Shown here: positions 24,020 to 36,644 of the stretch, in pieces | Numbering within the stretch: the stretch's first letter is position 1 | Layout of the letters: each line of letters begins with the position of its first letter | Assembly (NCBI RefSeq): GCF_963921235.1 | Contig: NC_086109.1 | Span: 33,916,001 to 33,980,000, forward strand | DNA from: Mobula hypostoma | Lineage: Eukaryota | Length of the DNA stretch: 64,000 bases | Direction: 5' to 3' | Notes under the pieces: generated by a model | What the model was told of the DNA's origin: nothing | The model's database searches: none | Seen by the model: only the letters and a program-made list of their open reading frames with translations | Made by a program: the position numbers and the translations under genes

Positions 24020-24185
24020 GACACAAGAAAACCTGCAGATGCTGGAAATCCAAAGCAACACAGACAAAATGCTGGAGGAACTCAGCAGGTCAGGCAGCAT
24101 CTATGGAAAAGAGTAGACAATCGACGTTTCAGATCGAGATCATTCTTCAGGACTGACCTGCTGAGTTCCTCCAGCATTTTGTGTA
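24020..24185. mobile_element. Short fold-back element made of Penelope-like terminal sequence
   Basis: Perfect 30-bp inverted repeat at 24,064-24,093 / 24,153-24,182; same terminal sequence as Penelope ends at 38.4, 42.4 and 47.9 kb. Confidence 0.8.
24118..24155 (-). ncRNA. Minimal type I hammerhead ribozyme motif (Penelope-associated)
   Basis: Minus strand CAGUC-CUGAAGA-A-UGAUCUCGAUCU-GAAA-CG-UC-GAUUG: stem I, CUGANGA and GAAA cores, GUC site; stem II weakened. Confidence 0.55.
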
Positions 24186-24422
24186 TTATGGGTCAAAGGG
24201 TTTGTTCTTGTGTTGTACTGTTCTATGGTGTATGTTTTATGTAAAAGTGTTGCTTTCACTGGTTAATTTGGACAAAAACAGTTTTTTTTTCAATTTCTAT
24301 GTCACTTGCTATGGGCATTTAAAGTTACCTTCTACTTTTACTCTCAGTTCCAGCATCTGTGTTCCTTTTCTTTTTCCTTATTACACTCTCTCGGCTTCAA
24401 TTTATTCCTGGTGTCACTGATT

Positions 24423-25330
24423 GAGTTCAATTCAAGTTTAATTGTCATTCAACCATACTCTAATACTCATGAATACAGCCAAATGAAACAGTGTTACTCT
24501 GGAGTCAAGGTGCTAAACACAGTACCAACAGTCATACATCATACAAAGCACACACAAGATAGCAAGAACACATAGTATCGCAATCACACAATGAAAGAGA
24601 CCAAGAGATGCGCCATCGGTCCACAGTTGATCCGAACGGAGCCTGTGTCCTGCTCAACTGGAGGGGGTGGGGGGCGCCATCGACTCCAGGGTGGAGGCTG
24701 TGCCACACCACCCCTGGCGGAGGGCACCAGCCCAAAAGTGACACTGTGGATTGAGGTCCAGCCCGGGTGCTTCACCACGCTGCCCCCGGTAGAGCGCACC
24801 TGCTCAGACGCCTCCCCCCCCCATGCCCCGGTGGCTATAAAACAGGCGATCCCACGGCCTGAGGACCTCAGTCCATTGAGTGCCGCCACAATCTACAGTC
24901 TTCCACAACAGAGCTTGCCTTCTGCCGAGCGAAACACTGGGAGGGCAGCACTGACTTCGTCCTGGACACCACGGCACACCATCCCCGGTGGAGCGCACCA
25001 GCTTTGACGCCTCTCTCCCGGTGGTTGCAAGCAGGCGACGCTGTGGCTTGAGGCCTAGACCTCTCCATGGCCAAGGCCATGCAACTCCCCCACCATTTGC
25101 CCCTGCTCTCAGCCAATAAATCAGCAAATCAAACGTCCGACATACCAGATTAACGATGTCCAAAAGGGTCTTGCGATGACAAGGAAAGCAACCATGATGG
25201 GCGCTGACTATTAAACTGTAAGCCCCATCATCTCAGGCAGCAAGCATGTTGCACAACTCCTTCATTTTGCCAGAAGCAAGCAACTCACTGATGGAGTACT
25301 TTAAGTTCTTAATGTATAGCAGGATCTTGC
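24423..25330 (-). mobile_element. Non-autonomous retroelement with Rex1-like 3' tail and GC-rich body
   Basis: Begins GAGTTCAATTCAAGTTTAATTGTCATTC (reverse-complement tail); shares segments (ATACAGCCAA..AAACAGTGTT, CACAGTACCAACAGTCA, AAACACTGGGAGGG) with the element at ~30,970-31,265. Confidence 0.5.
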
Positions 25331-26996
25331 GATCACTAGAAACGCATCTAAATAGGATAGTAGCAGCTTTTGTTGACGCCATAGAAGCCACTGCAACTGC
25401 ACATGCCACTATCTTACCAGAAATCACATGCACTGCCTGGGTAACTTTTAATCCACGATTTGAGGAGATTTCATGGTGCTAAGAAGATGCGACACTCTTA
25501 CACGCAAACAGGATGGGCGAGTAGGTTTTTACAAGCTGCTACGTAATTTGCATTAAGAAGGATCTGAGGAAACATAACAAGTCACAATTAAACATTCATA
25601 ACAACTTTTGGAGATGTCATGTTTATCTCTTAAAACACTCATTAATATTTACTCTGTATCAATCAAACTGTTTTTGTATATCGTAAATGTTTCAAATTTT
25701 ATGAATGTTTGAAATGCAAAAACCATGCAAAAATAGGTTGAAACTAAATTGGATTCATCGTAACCAGTTCTCTAATAAATAATGCAAAAACTTTGATTAA
25801 AGGCAAAGGATGAGGCAATGCTTTTACAGAATTGTAGCTTGCTTCCTGTCTTCATATAATATACAATACAATAGTATCCCAGAACTGAAATTCACAGAAG
25901 TCGTTCAGAGGATACCAATTAAATGCCTGGTACAAGTTAGTTGAGTCAAAGATATCTAAGTCTCTTTCTTTACAGTGTATGCTTATGCATCATTTATCCA
26001 GAGAAGTAATTTGTCATCTTATTAGACAAGTTATTGTTCTTATATTAGCTGCCTTAGATCGAACTAGTTTTCCTCAGCTACAAAGCTTGCTTTTTTGTAA
26101 AACAGCCTTTTTCCCAGGGAGGGTTTGAAGGTCAATCGGTAAACAACAGAGGAGGGTATGCAGTAATTGCTCCTTCCAGGAATATGACTTCTTGGAAAGT
26201 GCTAGCTGCAGGAACTGAATCCAGGCTGTCTCAAAGGCCCATTCCTTGCTCTGACAGAATTCTTGCTAATGTGCTGAAAATTTCTGACTTCTTATTCTCG
26301 TGCCAATTAGGCTCCCTCACCATATTCAGTAAGGTAATTAAAATCCAAGCTTTATTGGGGTGGAGAAAAATCATATAAAGATGCATGAATCATTAAAAAT
26401 TGTGATAAAGCAGTACAAACATAAATAAAAATCACTTCAAAGCCCTCTCATGAATGACTGCTGCTTTTGATAACGTTCTTTAGCATCAGAACCACTGCCA
26501 TTTGGAAAAGTTTTAAATGTGGGCAATTGCATTGCTTGTAGATACAAGGGGTTTCTTTATTTTAATGATGGAATTTCCCTTTCTTAGCAGTCTACAAACG
26601 TTTTACAATTTCTGGTTCAACATATGAAATTTAAGGAGGAAAACAACTGTTGTTTTCAGGCTGTCTGCAAGGCACAGCAATGGTTCTAGAGAAACCAGTC
26701 AAACATTAGGTGTTTTATATCAAACAACGTTCATGTGCTTAATATTATAATGATGATACAGAATATAGGGGCACAAGAGAGAATGAAGGTGAAAGGGCAG
26801 GTCAGCAAAGTCGTGGTTCCAGGAACTTTCAGCCATTTTCAAGAGGACCATTTCATAAATCAATAATCCAAAAGCCCTTCTGATACTGCCGATTTCATGT
26901 GGTTTTTCACCCTGCATTAGTAAAAGAGATTTGGGAATTAGGCTACCTTTGCCTCTGTCGCTGACAGAGTCTGTGGCACTGACTGAAACAAATCTA

Positions 26997-27566
26997 CACT
27001 CAGTGGCCACTTTATTAGGTACACCTGTACACCTGCTTGTTAATGCAACCATCTAGTCAGCCAATCATGTGACAGTAACTCAATGCGTAAAAGCATGCAG
27101 ACATGGTCAACAGGTTCAGATGTTGTTCAGACCAAATATCAAAATGGGGAAGCAATGTGAGCCAAGTGATTTTGACCGTGGAATGATTGTTGGTGCCGGA
27201 GGGGGTGGTTTGAGTATCACAGAAACTACTGATCTCCTGGGATTTTCGCGTGCACCAATCACTAGAGTTTTTCAGAGAATGATGCGAGAAGTGAGAAAAC
27301 AGCCAGTGGGCGGTAGTTCAGTGGGCAAAGTGCCTTGTTAATGAGCAAGGTCAGAGGAGAATGGCCAGACTGGTTCAAGCTGTCAGGAAGGCGACAGTAG
27401 CTCAGCTGACAATACACTACAACAGAGGAGTACAGAAAAGCATCTCTGAATGGACAACACGTTGAATCTTGAACTGGATGGCCTACAGTATCAAAAGACC
27501 ACAAACATTCACTCAGTGGCAATTTTATTAGGTACAGGAGGGAATGAATAAAGTGACCTCTGATCG
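26997..27566 (+). mobile_element. Non-autonomous Tc1/mariner derivative retaining only the transposase N-terminal HTH
   Basis: TA-flanked TIR CACTCAGTGGCCACTTTATTAGGTAC ... AATAAAGTGACCTCTGATCG; translation MGKQCEPSDFDRGMIVGA...GLSITETTDLLGFSRAPITRV. Confidence 0.88.
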
Positions 27567-27661
27567 TATTTTCATTAACTTTAAAACATTGCCGCTGAGT
27601 AAGAATCAGGACCAACTCATTTTGAACAAACAGGCCACGACTGCAGCCCAATGTATTTTGC

Positions 27662-27911
27662 TTTATTTTTTATTTAGAGATACAGCACGGTAAAAGGCCC
27701 TTCTGGTCCAATGAGTTCCACACTGCCCAGTTACACCCATGTGACCAATTAAACTAGGAACCGACACATCTTTGGAATGTGGGAGGAAACGGGATCACCC
27801 GGAGTACACCCACATGGTCACAGGGAGTTCGTGCAAACAGTGGCGGAATTGAATCTAAGATCGCCAACACCATAGTAGTGTTATGCTAACTATTACACTA
27901 CTGAGCTGCCC
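27662..27911 (-). mobile_element. V-SINE (HE1-like)
   Basis: Reverse-strand V-domain CATCTTTGGAATGTGGGAGGAAACGGGATCACCCGGAG...; T-rich tail on the left, tRNA-like head on the right. Confidence 0.8.
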
Positions 27912-28474
27912 CATTTCAATTACGAGGAATCTGCAGTGACAGGAATATTAGCCTTAAACCTATGCAGTGTGGGGGTCCCGCTCCTCTTAATGAAGGTCCT
28001 GGTGGAGGCTATGAATACAAATCCTAGGGGGACCTCACTGAGTCCATTGCCTGATGTTCAGCTTACAATGGAGCGGTATGGAAAGAGATGGGCCTCAGGC
28101 TGATTGGCTGCACTTTTCATAGGCTCTGGAACAACCACCACTTAAAACTCGTTGGAAAACATTTCTCAGAGTTGATGGAGCTGAAAAGAAGAGGCACCAT
28201 GAGGGGTTTTATTCGACAAATATTTGGGAAAGTGACATCGTGCATTCCAAAGAGAAAGAAGAGATCTTTATGCTTCATGTTCAAGCGTAATATTTTATCA
28301 CTGGTATTCTCCTTGATATTTTATTTTTGGCCAACTGTTTCTGTATTCCATTAACTTTATATGTCTGACTCCAGTTGAATCCAAACAAATCTTACCGATT
28401 TACCAAACCAATTGGTGGTAAAAGAATGCTATCTTTATATTTCGTTCTTTGCTTCCAACAAAATTCAATAAAAG

Positions 28475-29590
28475 TTATTGGTAATGGTTTTTTGATTTAT
28501 TATTGTCACATGTACCAAAATATGGAGAAAAGATTGTCTTGCATACTGTTCATATAGATCAATTCATGACACAGTGCATTGATCTAGAATATGGTAATAC
28601 CCTAACAATGTAGAATGAAGTGTAAAGGCTATCAGAAGAGTGCAGTGGAGGTAAATGATAAAGAACAAGATCATAATGAGGTAGTTTGTGAGGCCAAGAA
28701 TCTATCTTGTCATACAAGAGTTCCTTTCAGGAGTCTGATAACAATGGGATAGAAGCTGTCGTTGAGCATGGTGGTACGAGCTTTCAAGCTTTCGTATCTT
28801 TTACCCAATGGAAGTGAGGAGAAAAATGTCCAGGGTGTGTGGGGTGTTTGATTACGCTGGCTGTTTTACTGAAGGAGTGAGAAATATACACAGAGCCCAT
28901 TGAGGGAAGGCTAGTTTCTGTGATGTGTTGAGCTGTGTCCACATCTCTCTGTAGTTCATTGTGGACACTTTCAAAGCAATTGCCATACCAAGCTGTTATG
29001 CATCAAGACAGAATGCTTTCTATGGTGCATTGCTAGAAATTGGTAAACGTCAATGGGGACATGTTGAATTTCTTTAGCCGCCTGAGGAAGTACAGGATTT
29101 GGTGAGCTTCCTTAGCTATGGTATCAACATAGTTGGACCAGGACAAATATTGGTGATGTTCGCACCAAGGAACTTGAAACCCTCAACCCCATCAACCTCA
29201 ACATCATTATTATGGTCAGGAGCTCCCTTTCTGAAATCAATGACAAGTTTTTTTGTTTTGTTGACATTAAGGGAAATGTTAACAAAAATGTCACTAAGCT
29301 CTCTAATTCTGTCCTTTACTCTGACTAATTGCCATTTGTGATGTGGCCCGCTACAGTGGTATCATCTACAAACTTGAAGGTGGAGTTAGAGCAGAACCTG
29401 GCTACGCAGACATGAGTGTACTGTACAGGGAGTAGAGCAGGGGACTGAGGACGTTATCTTGTGGTGCACCAGTGTTTCAAATTAGCTTACTGATGGCGGT
29501 CTGGTGGTCAGAAAGTCAAGGATCCAGTTGCAGAGGGACGCATTAACTCCCAGGGACTGGAGTTGGCTGATGAATTTTTTTGGAATAATA
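28475..29590 (-). mobile_element. Rex1/Babar-type LINE, 5'-truncated, decayed RT C-terminus and 3' UTR
   Basis: Minus strand encodes KFVDDTTVAG-like RT motif (~29,348-29,376), FKFLG motif and LPxGxRY-type C-terminus. Confidence 0.75.
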
Positions 29591-30429
29591 GTATGGAGGC
29601 AGGGTGTGGGTTTTACTAACACGGCAGACATTTATTCTCCGTCCCTTGAAGTCCTTAAGAAAGTGGTGACGTGTTTTCTTCAAATGTTGCCTTTCATCTG
29701 CCTGTATCCAGGAGGCTCTTGTTTGCTGAAGTTCTAGGAAGATAAACATTTTTACTTGCAGCAACCTATCTTCCTAAAGTCTGCCTTAACCTGTCCCACG
29801 TTCCCACTGTAACCCAGGTGAAACAGATTGACTTCTGTCTCCCTAAGACAGAGACCACCAGCAGCTTACGACCCACCCTCTTGTTGACCCATTCAGATAT
29901 TTGCTCATTTTACCCCCATCAGGCTCAGAGTTTTCATCCTTCTCTAGTTCTGCCCCTCTCTCCGTTATGGCCTCTTCAATCTCACCTCGTCAATGACCCC
30001 CACCTGCTATCTCCTTAATTCTATTTCCATTAACTACCGACCACCAACTCTCTCTCCCTGGCTTCTTGTAATCTGATATTTTCAATGGTTTTCTTTTCTC
30101 AGGGACTGTTGACAAAGCTGTTGCCATTAAACATTTCTGAAAAAAAGACCTTAACTGTCCCATTTCCAGCTGTCTTTCACTCCATACAGTAAGTAGTGCC
30201 ACCACATCCTGGGCCTTAGCTAGAATTCTTCCAAATTGCCCTCATTAGGTGCTGAAATGTCTTTTAGATCATTTCATTAGCCATGATAAATGTAATCTAC
30301 TCTTTCTCATCTTTCTCATCATCTAAGGATGATTAACTATTCCATCAATGTTCCTATGAGATAATTAATGAGAGAAAGAAACTTTAGCTGTTTTCTCCAC
30401 AGATGCTGCCTGATGGGCTGAGCATTTTT

Positions 30430-30900
30430 AATAGGGTGGAATAATGCTATAACTTGTAGGGCTGCTGCCTCTTGGTGCCAGGGATCCAGTTTCAATCCTT
30501 ACCTTAAGTACAGTTTGTGCAAAGCCATGCTGTGACTTGTCTGGATTCCTCCAACACCCCAATTTCACCTAGGCTGGTTAGGCTACTGGGACAGTGGCAC
30601 AGTAGTTAGCACAGTGCTTTACAGTGCAGGCGACCAGGGTTCAATTCCCACCAGTGCGTGTTAGGAGTTTGTACATTCTCCCCGTGACCATGTGGGTTTT
30701 CTCTGGGTGCTCCAGACTCCTTCCACGGTCCAAAGACATACCGGTTGGTAGGCTAATTGGCCATTGTAAATTGTACCGTGTTTAGGCTAGGATTGCACTG
30801 GTGAATTGCTGAGCAGCGAGGCTCGCAGGGCCAAATAAATAAATAAATGAATGAATGAATGAATGAATGGCCATTATGAATTGCTCCATGTACGAGTGAT
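30430..30900 (+). mobile_element. Two nested V-SINEs: a younger copy (~30,588-30,868, (AAAT)n/(TGAA)n tail) inside an older one
   Basis: Young head GGGACAGTGGCACAGTAGTTAGCAC...GGGTTCAATTCCC; the older copy breaks at GGTTAGGCTA and resumes at GGCCATTATGAATTGC. Confidence 0.75.
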
Positions 30901-30969
30901 TGGTAAAACCTAAAGACAGTTAATGCCGAAGTGGGGAATCAAAGCAACATCTTAATGTAATTCACGTTG

Positions 30970-31990
30970 AAGTTCAAGTTCAAGGTAAACTGTTATTCAA
31001 TCATACACATAAATACAGCCAAGCAAAACAGTGTTCCAAGGTGTAGGACACAGTACCAACAGTCACTCACAGCTCACATAGTTACAACAGCAGAAAAGCA
31101 TACAGTCAGAAAAAATATATAGCCCAGGTCCCTGAGTGTCATGGTCTGTAGATTGATGGTGCATGGCATATCGTCCATAGAGCCACATTTCTGTAAGAAC
31201 AAGCACCAGTTGCAGCAGCAGACGAAGTATTCCAGCTTTTCTTCCACCAAGCAAACACTGGAGGGGTCAAGTCATGTCTAGTCAAGTTTATTGTCATTTC
31301 GACCATAAGCTGCTGGTACAGTACACAGTAAAAATGAAACAACGTTCCTCCTGGACCCTGGTGCTACATGAAACAACACAAAACTACACTAGACTACATG
31401 AGACAGCACAAGGCTACACTAGACTACGTAAAACAACATAAAAACTGCACTAGACCACAGACCTGCACAGTACTACATATGGTGCACAAAACAGTGCAGG
31501 GCAGTACAATAATTAATAAACCAGCATGGACTCCAGCTCCCTCCCGCTGCGGCATCTCCTCCCCTGAGAAGCTGCAACAGGGGACCCCATGGGATGAGGG
31601 ACTGGACTACACAACAGCCAAGGCAACACGGCTCCCCTGTCATTAGTCTTACTGATGAACCAGTGAACAGTGCTTGCAGAACCAATGTCCCACAGGCTAT
31701 TATAATCACAAGAAAAGACAATCATTTGCTCTGGTTGTTGGACCGTGCACCGCCTCTGATGCCTTTCCTCTTGGGAGGCTGTAAGAGGCGGTAACATGAT
31801 ACGCAACAAGTCCAGCTCCACCACTAGTGAGCAATTCATCAGTGGGACTGACCTGCACCACTTGATTTACAAAATATCCATCACTGTCTTGTGATCATAA
31901 ACAAGGACACAAAGAACAAACAATTACACCTTTGTCTGGACGTAGATAGGCCACTGCAACCAAGCACACCGTCGTCTTACTAGAGGTTAC
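30970..31990 (-). mobile_element. Non-autonomous retroelement related to the 24.4-25.3 kb element, interrupted at ~31,266-31,520 by a LINE 3' UTR fragment
   Basis: AAGTTCAAGTTCAAG tail, segments shared with 24,423-25,330, and a second tail GTCAAGTCATGTCTAGTCAAGTTTATTGTC inside it. Confidence 0.5.
31364..31454. repeat. 30-bp tandem repeat x3 (CTACATGAAACAACACAAAACTACACTAGA)
   Basis: Units start at 31,364, 31,394 and 31,424. Confidence 0.85.
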
Positions 31991-32281
31991 TGTAACCTAA
32001 TGGTTGTACGCTGAATCAATTGGCAGAACGGCTTAATTCTGTGCTGGGTCTCTATGACTACTGTATATAACTCAAGGAGATCACTATTGGGTTTCAAAAA
32101 TTCACTGTTGTATCAGATATTACTGCGAATGGGCTCTAAAGTGGGGAGTCCTGTCCTCGAATGGACACCTGCTCATTATATTAAACACAGATATAAAAAA
32201 GGATTTCTTCATGACCTAATTGCCCTTCCTTCACTCTTGAGGTTGGAGAGGTTCACTGTTCAAAGTCAAAGTAAATTTATT

Positions 32282-33387
32282 CATTGTGGCTATCCCTCTG
32301 AGGTCGAGGATGATGGTCTTCATTCCGTTGATCTATTTATGGGCTCTCAGGTGGCTTATGAGTCCAATCTTGGCTTTGAAAGTTCTTCCACATTCAGGAC
32401 AGGTAGTTCCAGATGGCAGATCGGGCTTTGGTTGTTGCTGCCTCTCTTTCCATTTTCTTCTCTTTTCTTCTAATTCTGCACATCTGTTGGCTTTGAAAGT
32501 TGCTGTTCCTTCTCGGATGATGGCTTGCCAGAGTTTCCTGTACTTGGCATCGGTTTCCCAATTGTTGATGTTGATGTTACATTTCTTCATGTTGGCTTTT
32601 AAGACGTCTTTGAATCTCTTCTGTTGTCCGCCTCTTTTATTTTTACCTTCTTTAAGCTGGGAATAGAAGATTTGTTTCGGCAGACGTTCGTCTTTCATCC
32701 GAACAACATGACCGCTCCATCTTAGTTGGTTCTTGATGACGTAGGCTTCAATGCTTGTTGTTTTTGCTTCATTTAGCACACTGATGTTGGTTCTTCTATC
32801 TTCCCAGTTGATATTTAAGATGTTTCGAAGACAGCGTTGATGGAACTTTTCAAGTGCCTTCAGATGTCGTTGGTATGTTGTCCAGGTTTCTGATGCATAC
32901 AGGAGCGTTGGGATTACCACTGTTTTGTACACTAACATTTTGGTGTCTGTTCGGATGTCACGATCATGAAAGACTCTTGTTCGGAGACGTCCAAAAGCTG
33001 TTCCAGCGCATTTAAGACGATGTTAGATCTCATCATCAAGGTCGACATTGGAGAAGAGGTGACTTCCAAGATACGGAAAGTGGTCCACGTTTTCCATGGT
33101 TGTTTCTCCAAGTTGAATTGATGGTTCTATCCGATTTGTCTCAGTTGGTGACAGTTGGTAGATGATCTGAGTCTTCTTGGAATTGATGGTAAGTCCAAGT
33201 TTCGTGTGTGCATGATTGAAGGCAGTCAGAATCTGTTGTTTTTTGTCGTTTTTCTGAGAGAGCTGCAACACTGTTATCATCTGCATATTGGAACTCGATG
33301 AGGGAACTCATGGATGTCTTGTTTTTGGACTGCTCTCTGTTCTGTAGACAATTTTGATTCCTGGGGGTAGATCGTCCTTGATGACGT
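32282..33387 (-). mobile_element. RTE-clade LINE, 5'-truncated, RT C-terminus plus C2H2 zinc finger
   Basis: EFQYADD, VDHFPYLGSHL, and open ORF 32,333-32,938 (YKTVVIPTLLYASETW...QLRWSGHVVRM...CPECGRTFKAKIGLISHLRAH). Confidence 0.93.
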
Positions 33388-34141
33388 ATCAAAGTAGATA
33401 TACAACTCTGAGATTTGTTTTCTTGCGGGCATACACAGGAAATCCAAGAAGTGCTACAGAATCAATGAAAAACCACAGTCAACAGGACAGACAAACTACC
33501 AATGTGCTGGACAACCAACTGTGTAAATACAAAAGGAAAAATAATGATAATAAATAAATCACCAATAAATATTGAGCACATGAGATGAAGAGCCTTGAAA
33601 GTGAGTCCATAAGTTGTGGGAACATTTCAGTGATGGGGTGAGTGAAGTTGAGTGAAGTTATCCACTCTGGTTCAGGAGCCTGATGGTTGAGGGGTAATAA
33701 CTGTTCGTAAACCTGGTCGTGTGAGTCCTGAGGCTCCTGAACCCTCTTCCTGACGGTAATGTGAGAAGGGAGCATGATCTGGGTGGTGGGTGTGCCTGAT
33801 GATGGACGTTGCTCTCCTGCAACAGCACTCCATGTAGACATACTCAGTGGTGGCAAGGGCTTTACCTGTGTTGGACTGGGCCGCCTGTAACCACTACTAT
33901 TTGTAGGAATTTCCATTCAAGGGCATTGGTGTTTCCATACCTGGCCACGATATACCAATCATTATATTCTCTACCACACATCTAGAGAAGTTTGCCAAAG
34001 TTTCAGATGTCACGCTGAAGCTTCACAGACTTCTAAGGAAGTAGAGGTGCTGCCATGCCTTCTTTGTAACGGCACTTACTTGCTGGGCCCAGGACAAGTT
34101 CTCTGAAATGATGGCGCTGAAGAATTTAAAGTTGCTAACCC

Positions 34142-34482
34142 ACTAGTGGAATTCTAAATTGGCTGCAATGATCCTGGTTTTGTGACAGGTTTGCTTGTCT
34201 CTGTGCTGGACGGAGGCTGTGATTGCACTTATGGACTTCTGGATCAACTGCAGTGATGCCTGGTGTTGTGAACTTCAGTTCTGAATGCTTTTTCCTGTTG
34301 CTTGCTTTCATTGTTTGCACCGTTTCTGTTCCTCCCTCTGCACACTGGATGTTTGACCGTCTGCTTTTGTTTTTAGTGGGTTCTAGTGGGTTTCTTTGTT
34401 TCGTGGCTATCAGTAAGGAGACGAATCTCAAGGTCATACAAAGCATACCTACTTTGATAATAAATGTACTTTGAACTTTGAA
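34142..34482 (+). mobile_element. Short non-autonomous insertion with Rex1-type tail inside the Rex1 copy
   Basis: Ends GATAATAAATGTACTTTGAACTTTGAA; host sequence AATTTAAAGTTGCTAACC|CTCTCC is contiguous in the sister copy at ~37,350-37,380. Confidence 0.7.
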
Positions 34483-36644
34483 CTCTCCAACTCTAATCCC
34501 CCAATGAGAACTGGCTCATGTCCCTTCGGTTTCTTCCCCCTGAAGTTGGTCTTGTCAGCATTGAGTGGGAAATTGTTGTGGCACCACTCGGCCAGATTTT
34601 CATTCTCCCTCCTGTAAGCTGATTCATCACCACCTTTGATTTGGCTGACAACAGTGGTGTCTTCAGCAAACTTACGATGACTCTGGAGCAGGACATAGCC
34701 TCACAGTTGTAAGTATAAAGGGAGAAGAGCAGGAGGCTCAGCACACTGCCTTACGGTGCACCTGTGCTGATGGAGATTGTGGAGGAGATGCTTTTGACAA
34801 TCTGAACTGACTGGAGCCTGCAAGTGAGGGAACCCAGGGTCCAATTGCATAAGGAAGTATTGAGGTCAAGGTCTTGAAGCTTATTGATTAGTTCTGAGGG
34901 GATGATTGTATTGAATGCCGAGCTGTAGTCGGTAAAGAGCATCCTGATGTATGCATCTTTGCTGTCCTGAGCATCTGTTGTAGACCTGTTGTGATGGTAG
35001 GCATGTGTAAGTGGAACCAAGTCACTCCTCAGGCAGGAATTGATATGTTTCACCATCAACCTCTCAAAGCACTTATTCATAGTGGATGTAAGTGTCACTG
35101 GACGGTAGTCATTGAGGAAGATTAGCATGTTTTTCTTAGGCACCGGTATAATCGAAGCCTACTTGAAGCAGGTGGGTATCTCAGACTGCCAAAGTAAGAG
35201 ATTAAATATATTGGTGAGCACTTCAGCCAGATATTCATCACAGACCTTTAGTATTTGTCCAGGTACCCCATCTGTGCCAGATGGTTTCCATGGGTCCACC
35301 CTCCTGAAAGATGCTCTCACGTCGGCTTCAGAGATTAAAAATCACAGGGTCACCAGGGCCTGTGGAAGCATGTGAAGGTTCCTCTATGTTTTGACAGTTA
35401 AAGCGAGCATAGAAAGCACTCAACTCATCTGGGAGCGAAGCCTTGTTATCACCCATGAGGCTTGGTTTCAGTTTAAGAAGTAATTGCATTCAAGACCTGC
35501 CACAGCTGTTGAGCATCCTTCAGTGGTTCAAGTTTGGTCTGGAATTGACATTTCACACACGAGATAGCTTTCTGGGGGTCATACCTGGATCCCTTGTATC
35601 TTACCTGTCCGGTTCCAGAGGCTGTCATCTGATACCCCACTCGATTATATATAATTTATATCCATTTGGCACTTCACAAACTAGTCTATTTGTTCTTGTG
35701 GGATCCACAGCCTATTAAGATGAATTATACTTATAAACCTGGGCTCTTCCTATGCCTTAAGGTTCAATTCCATACTGAATGACCAGCTTATCAAAATGAA
35801 TTTCTATATAGGTTTTTTTTTGCTATTAAGCTGTTTGTGCATCTCTTTGCACTGAGTAAGAATTTCCTTGAAGCGTTTCCAGCAGTTGTGTCAAACATAC
35901 TTCTATCAAACTAATGGAAATTTTTCAGTTGTAATACAGGGATATTCTGAAGACTTCCTAAGCTACTGCATTATACTATTTAAGAGGACTTATAGGTTGA
36001 ATAACATGAAGTGGGTGTAAGTAGAATATTAATGTGGAAGAGTGTGATGCTTTTCTATTGCAAGATAATCTGACAAACTAAACACAAGCAATGCTCAGAC
36101 TTGGCTCAGAGATAGTTTCTCCAATGAGTCAGAAGACTGGTGGTTATGAATATGCAAAATTGAAGGGCAAGAAAATTCAGCTGTTCTTCACAACCAAAAA
36201 AATTCATTCCACATATCCCCACTCTACCACTTCCCTCACACACACACAGTGCCATTTAATCCCTTAAGAAAAGCCAATGAAGGAAATGTGATTCTGAAAA
36301 ATTCTTCTTCAACAACTTCCATGGACCAATCAATCTAGGAGACCACATGGCCTTACTAAGTCCACTCAAGTGGTTTGTGATCACATAATCAATGTTCATA
36401 TTTTTTAGCATATTAAGGAAGTGCTACTATTGGCCAGTCTAATATACTTTAAATAGAGACACTATCTGCTCTCAGATCCATGTACATCTCAAACCACTTT
36501 ACATTAAGGAGCAAAGAAATTCTCCCATTGACATTGGGAATTATTAACCTCAACTATCTTTACTTGAACAAATTATATGGGAATTAACACTTTGCTCTTC
36601 GTAGGCCCATGTTATCTGCATATTAGCTGGTACCTGATGCATGA

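Larger units (their letters stand above)
32258..35610 (-). mobile_element. Rex1/Babar LINE (RT region and 3' UTR), split by an RTE insertion and a short + strand insertion
   Basis: ORF 34,751-35,143 LNDYRPVTLTS...CFERL...RMLFTDYSSAFNTIIP...TGAP; tail GTTCAAAGTCAAAGTAAATTTAT resumes as TATCAAAGTA after 33,387. Confidence 0.88.

Noticed and set aside
23978..24244. Standalone GDSL/SGNH esterase gene
   Set aside because: Only the VIGDSIVR block of CR1 ORF1 is present, then the frame reads into Penelope terminal sequence.
24532..25163. GC-rich overlapping ORFs or CpG-island promoter
   Set aside because: They lie inside a dispersed repeat with a relative at ~31 kb, and no protein motif is recognisable.
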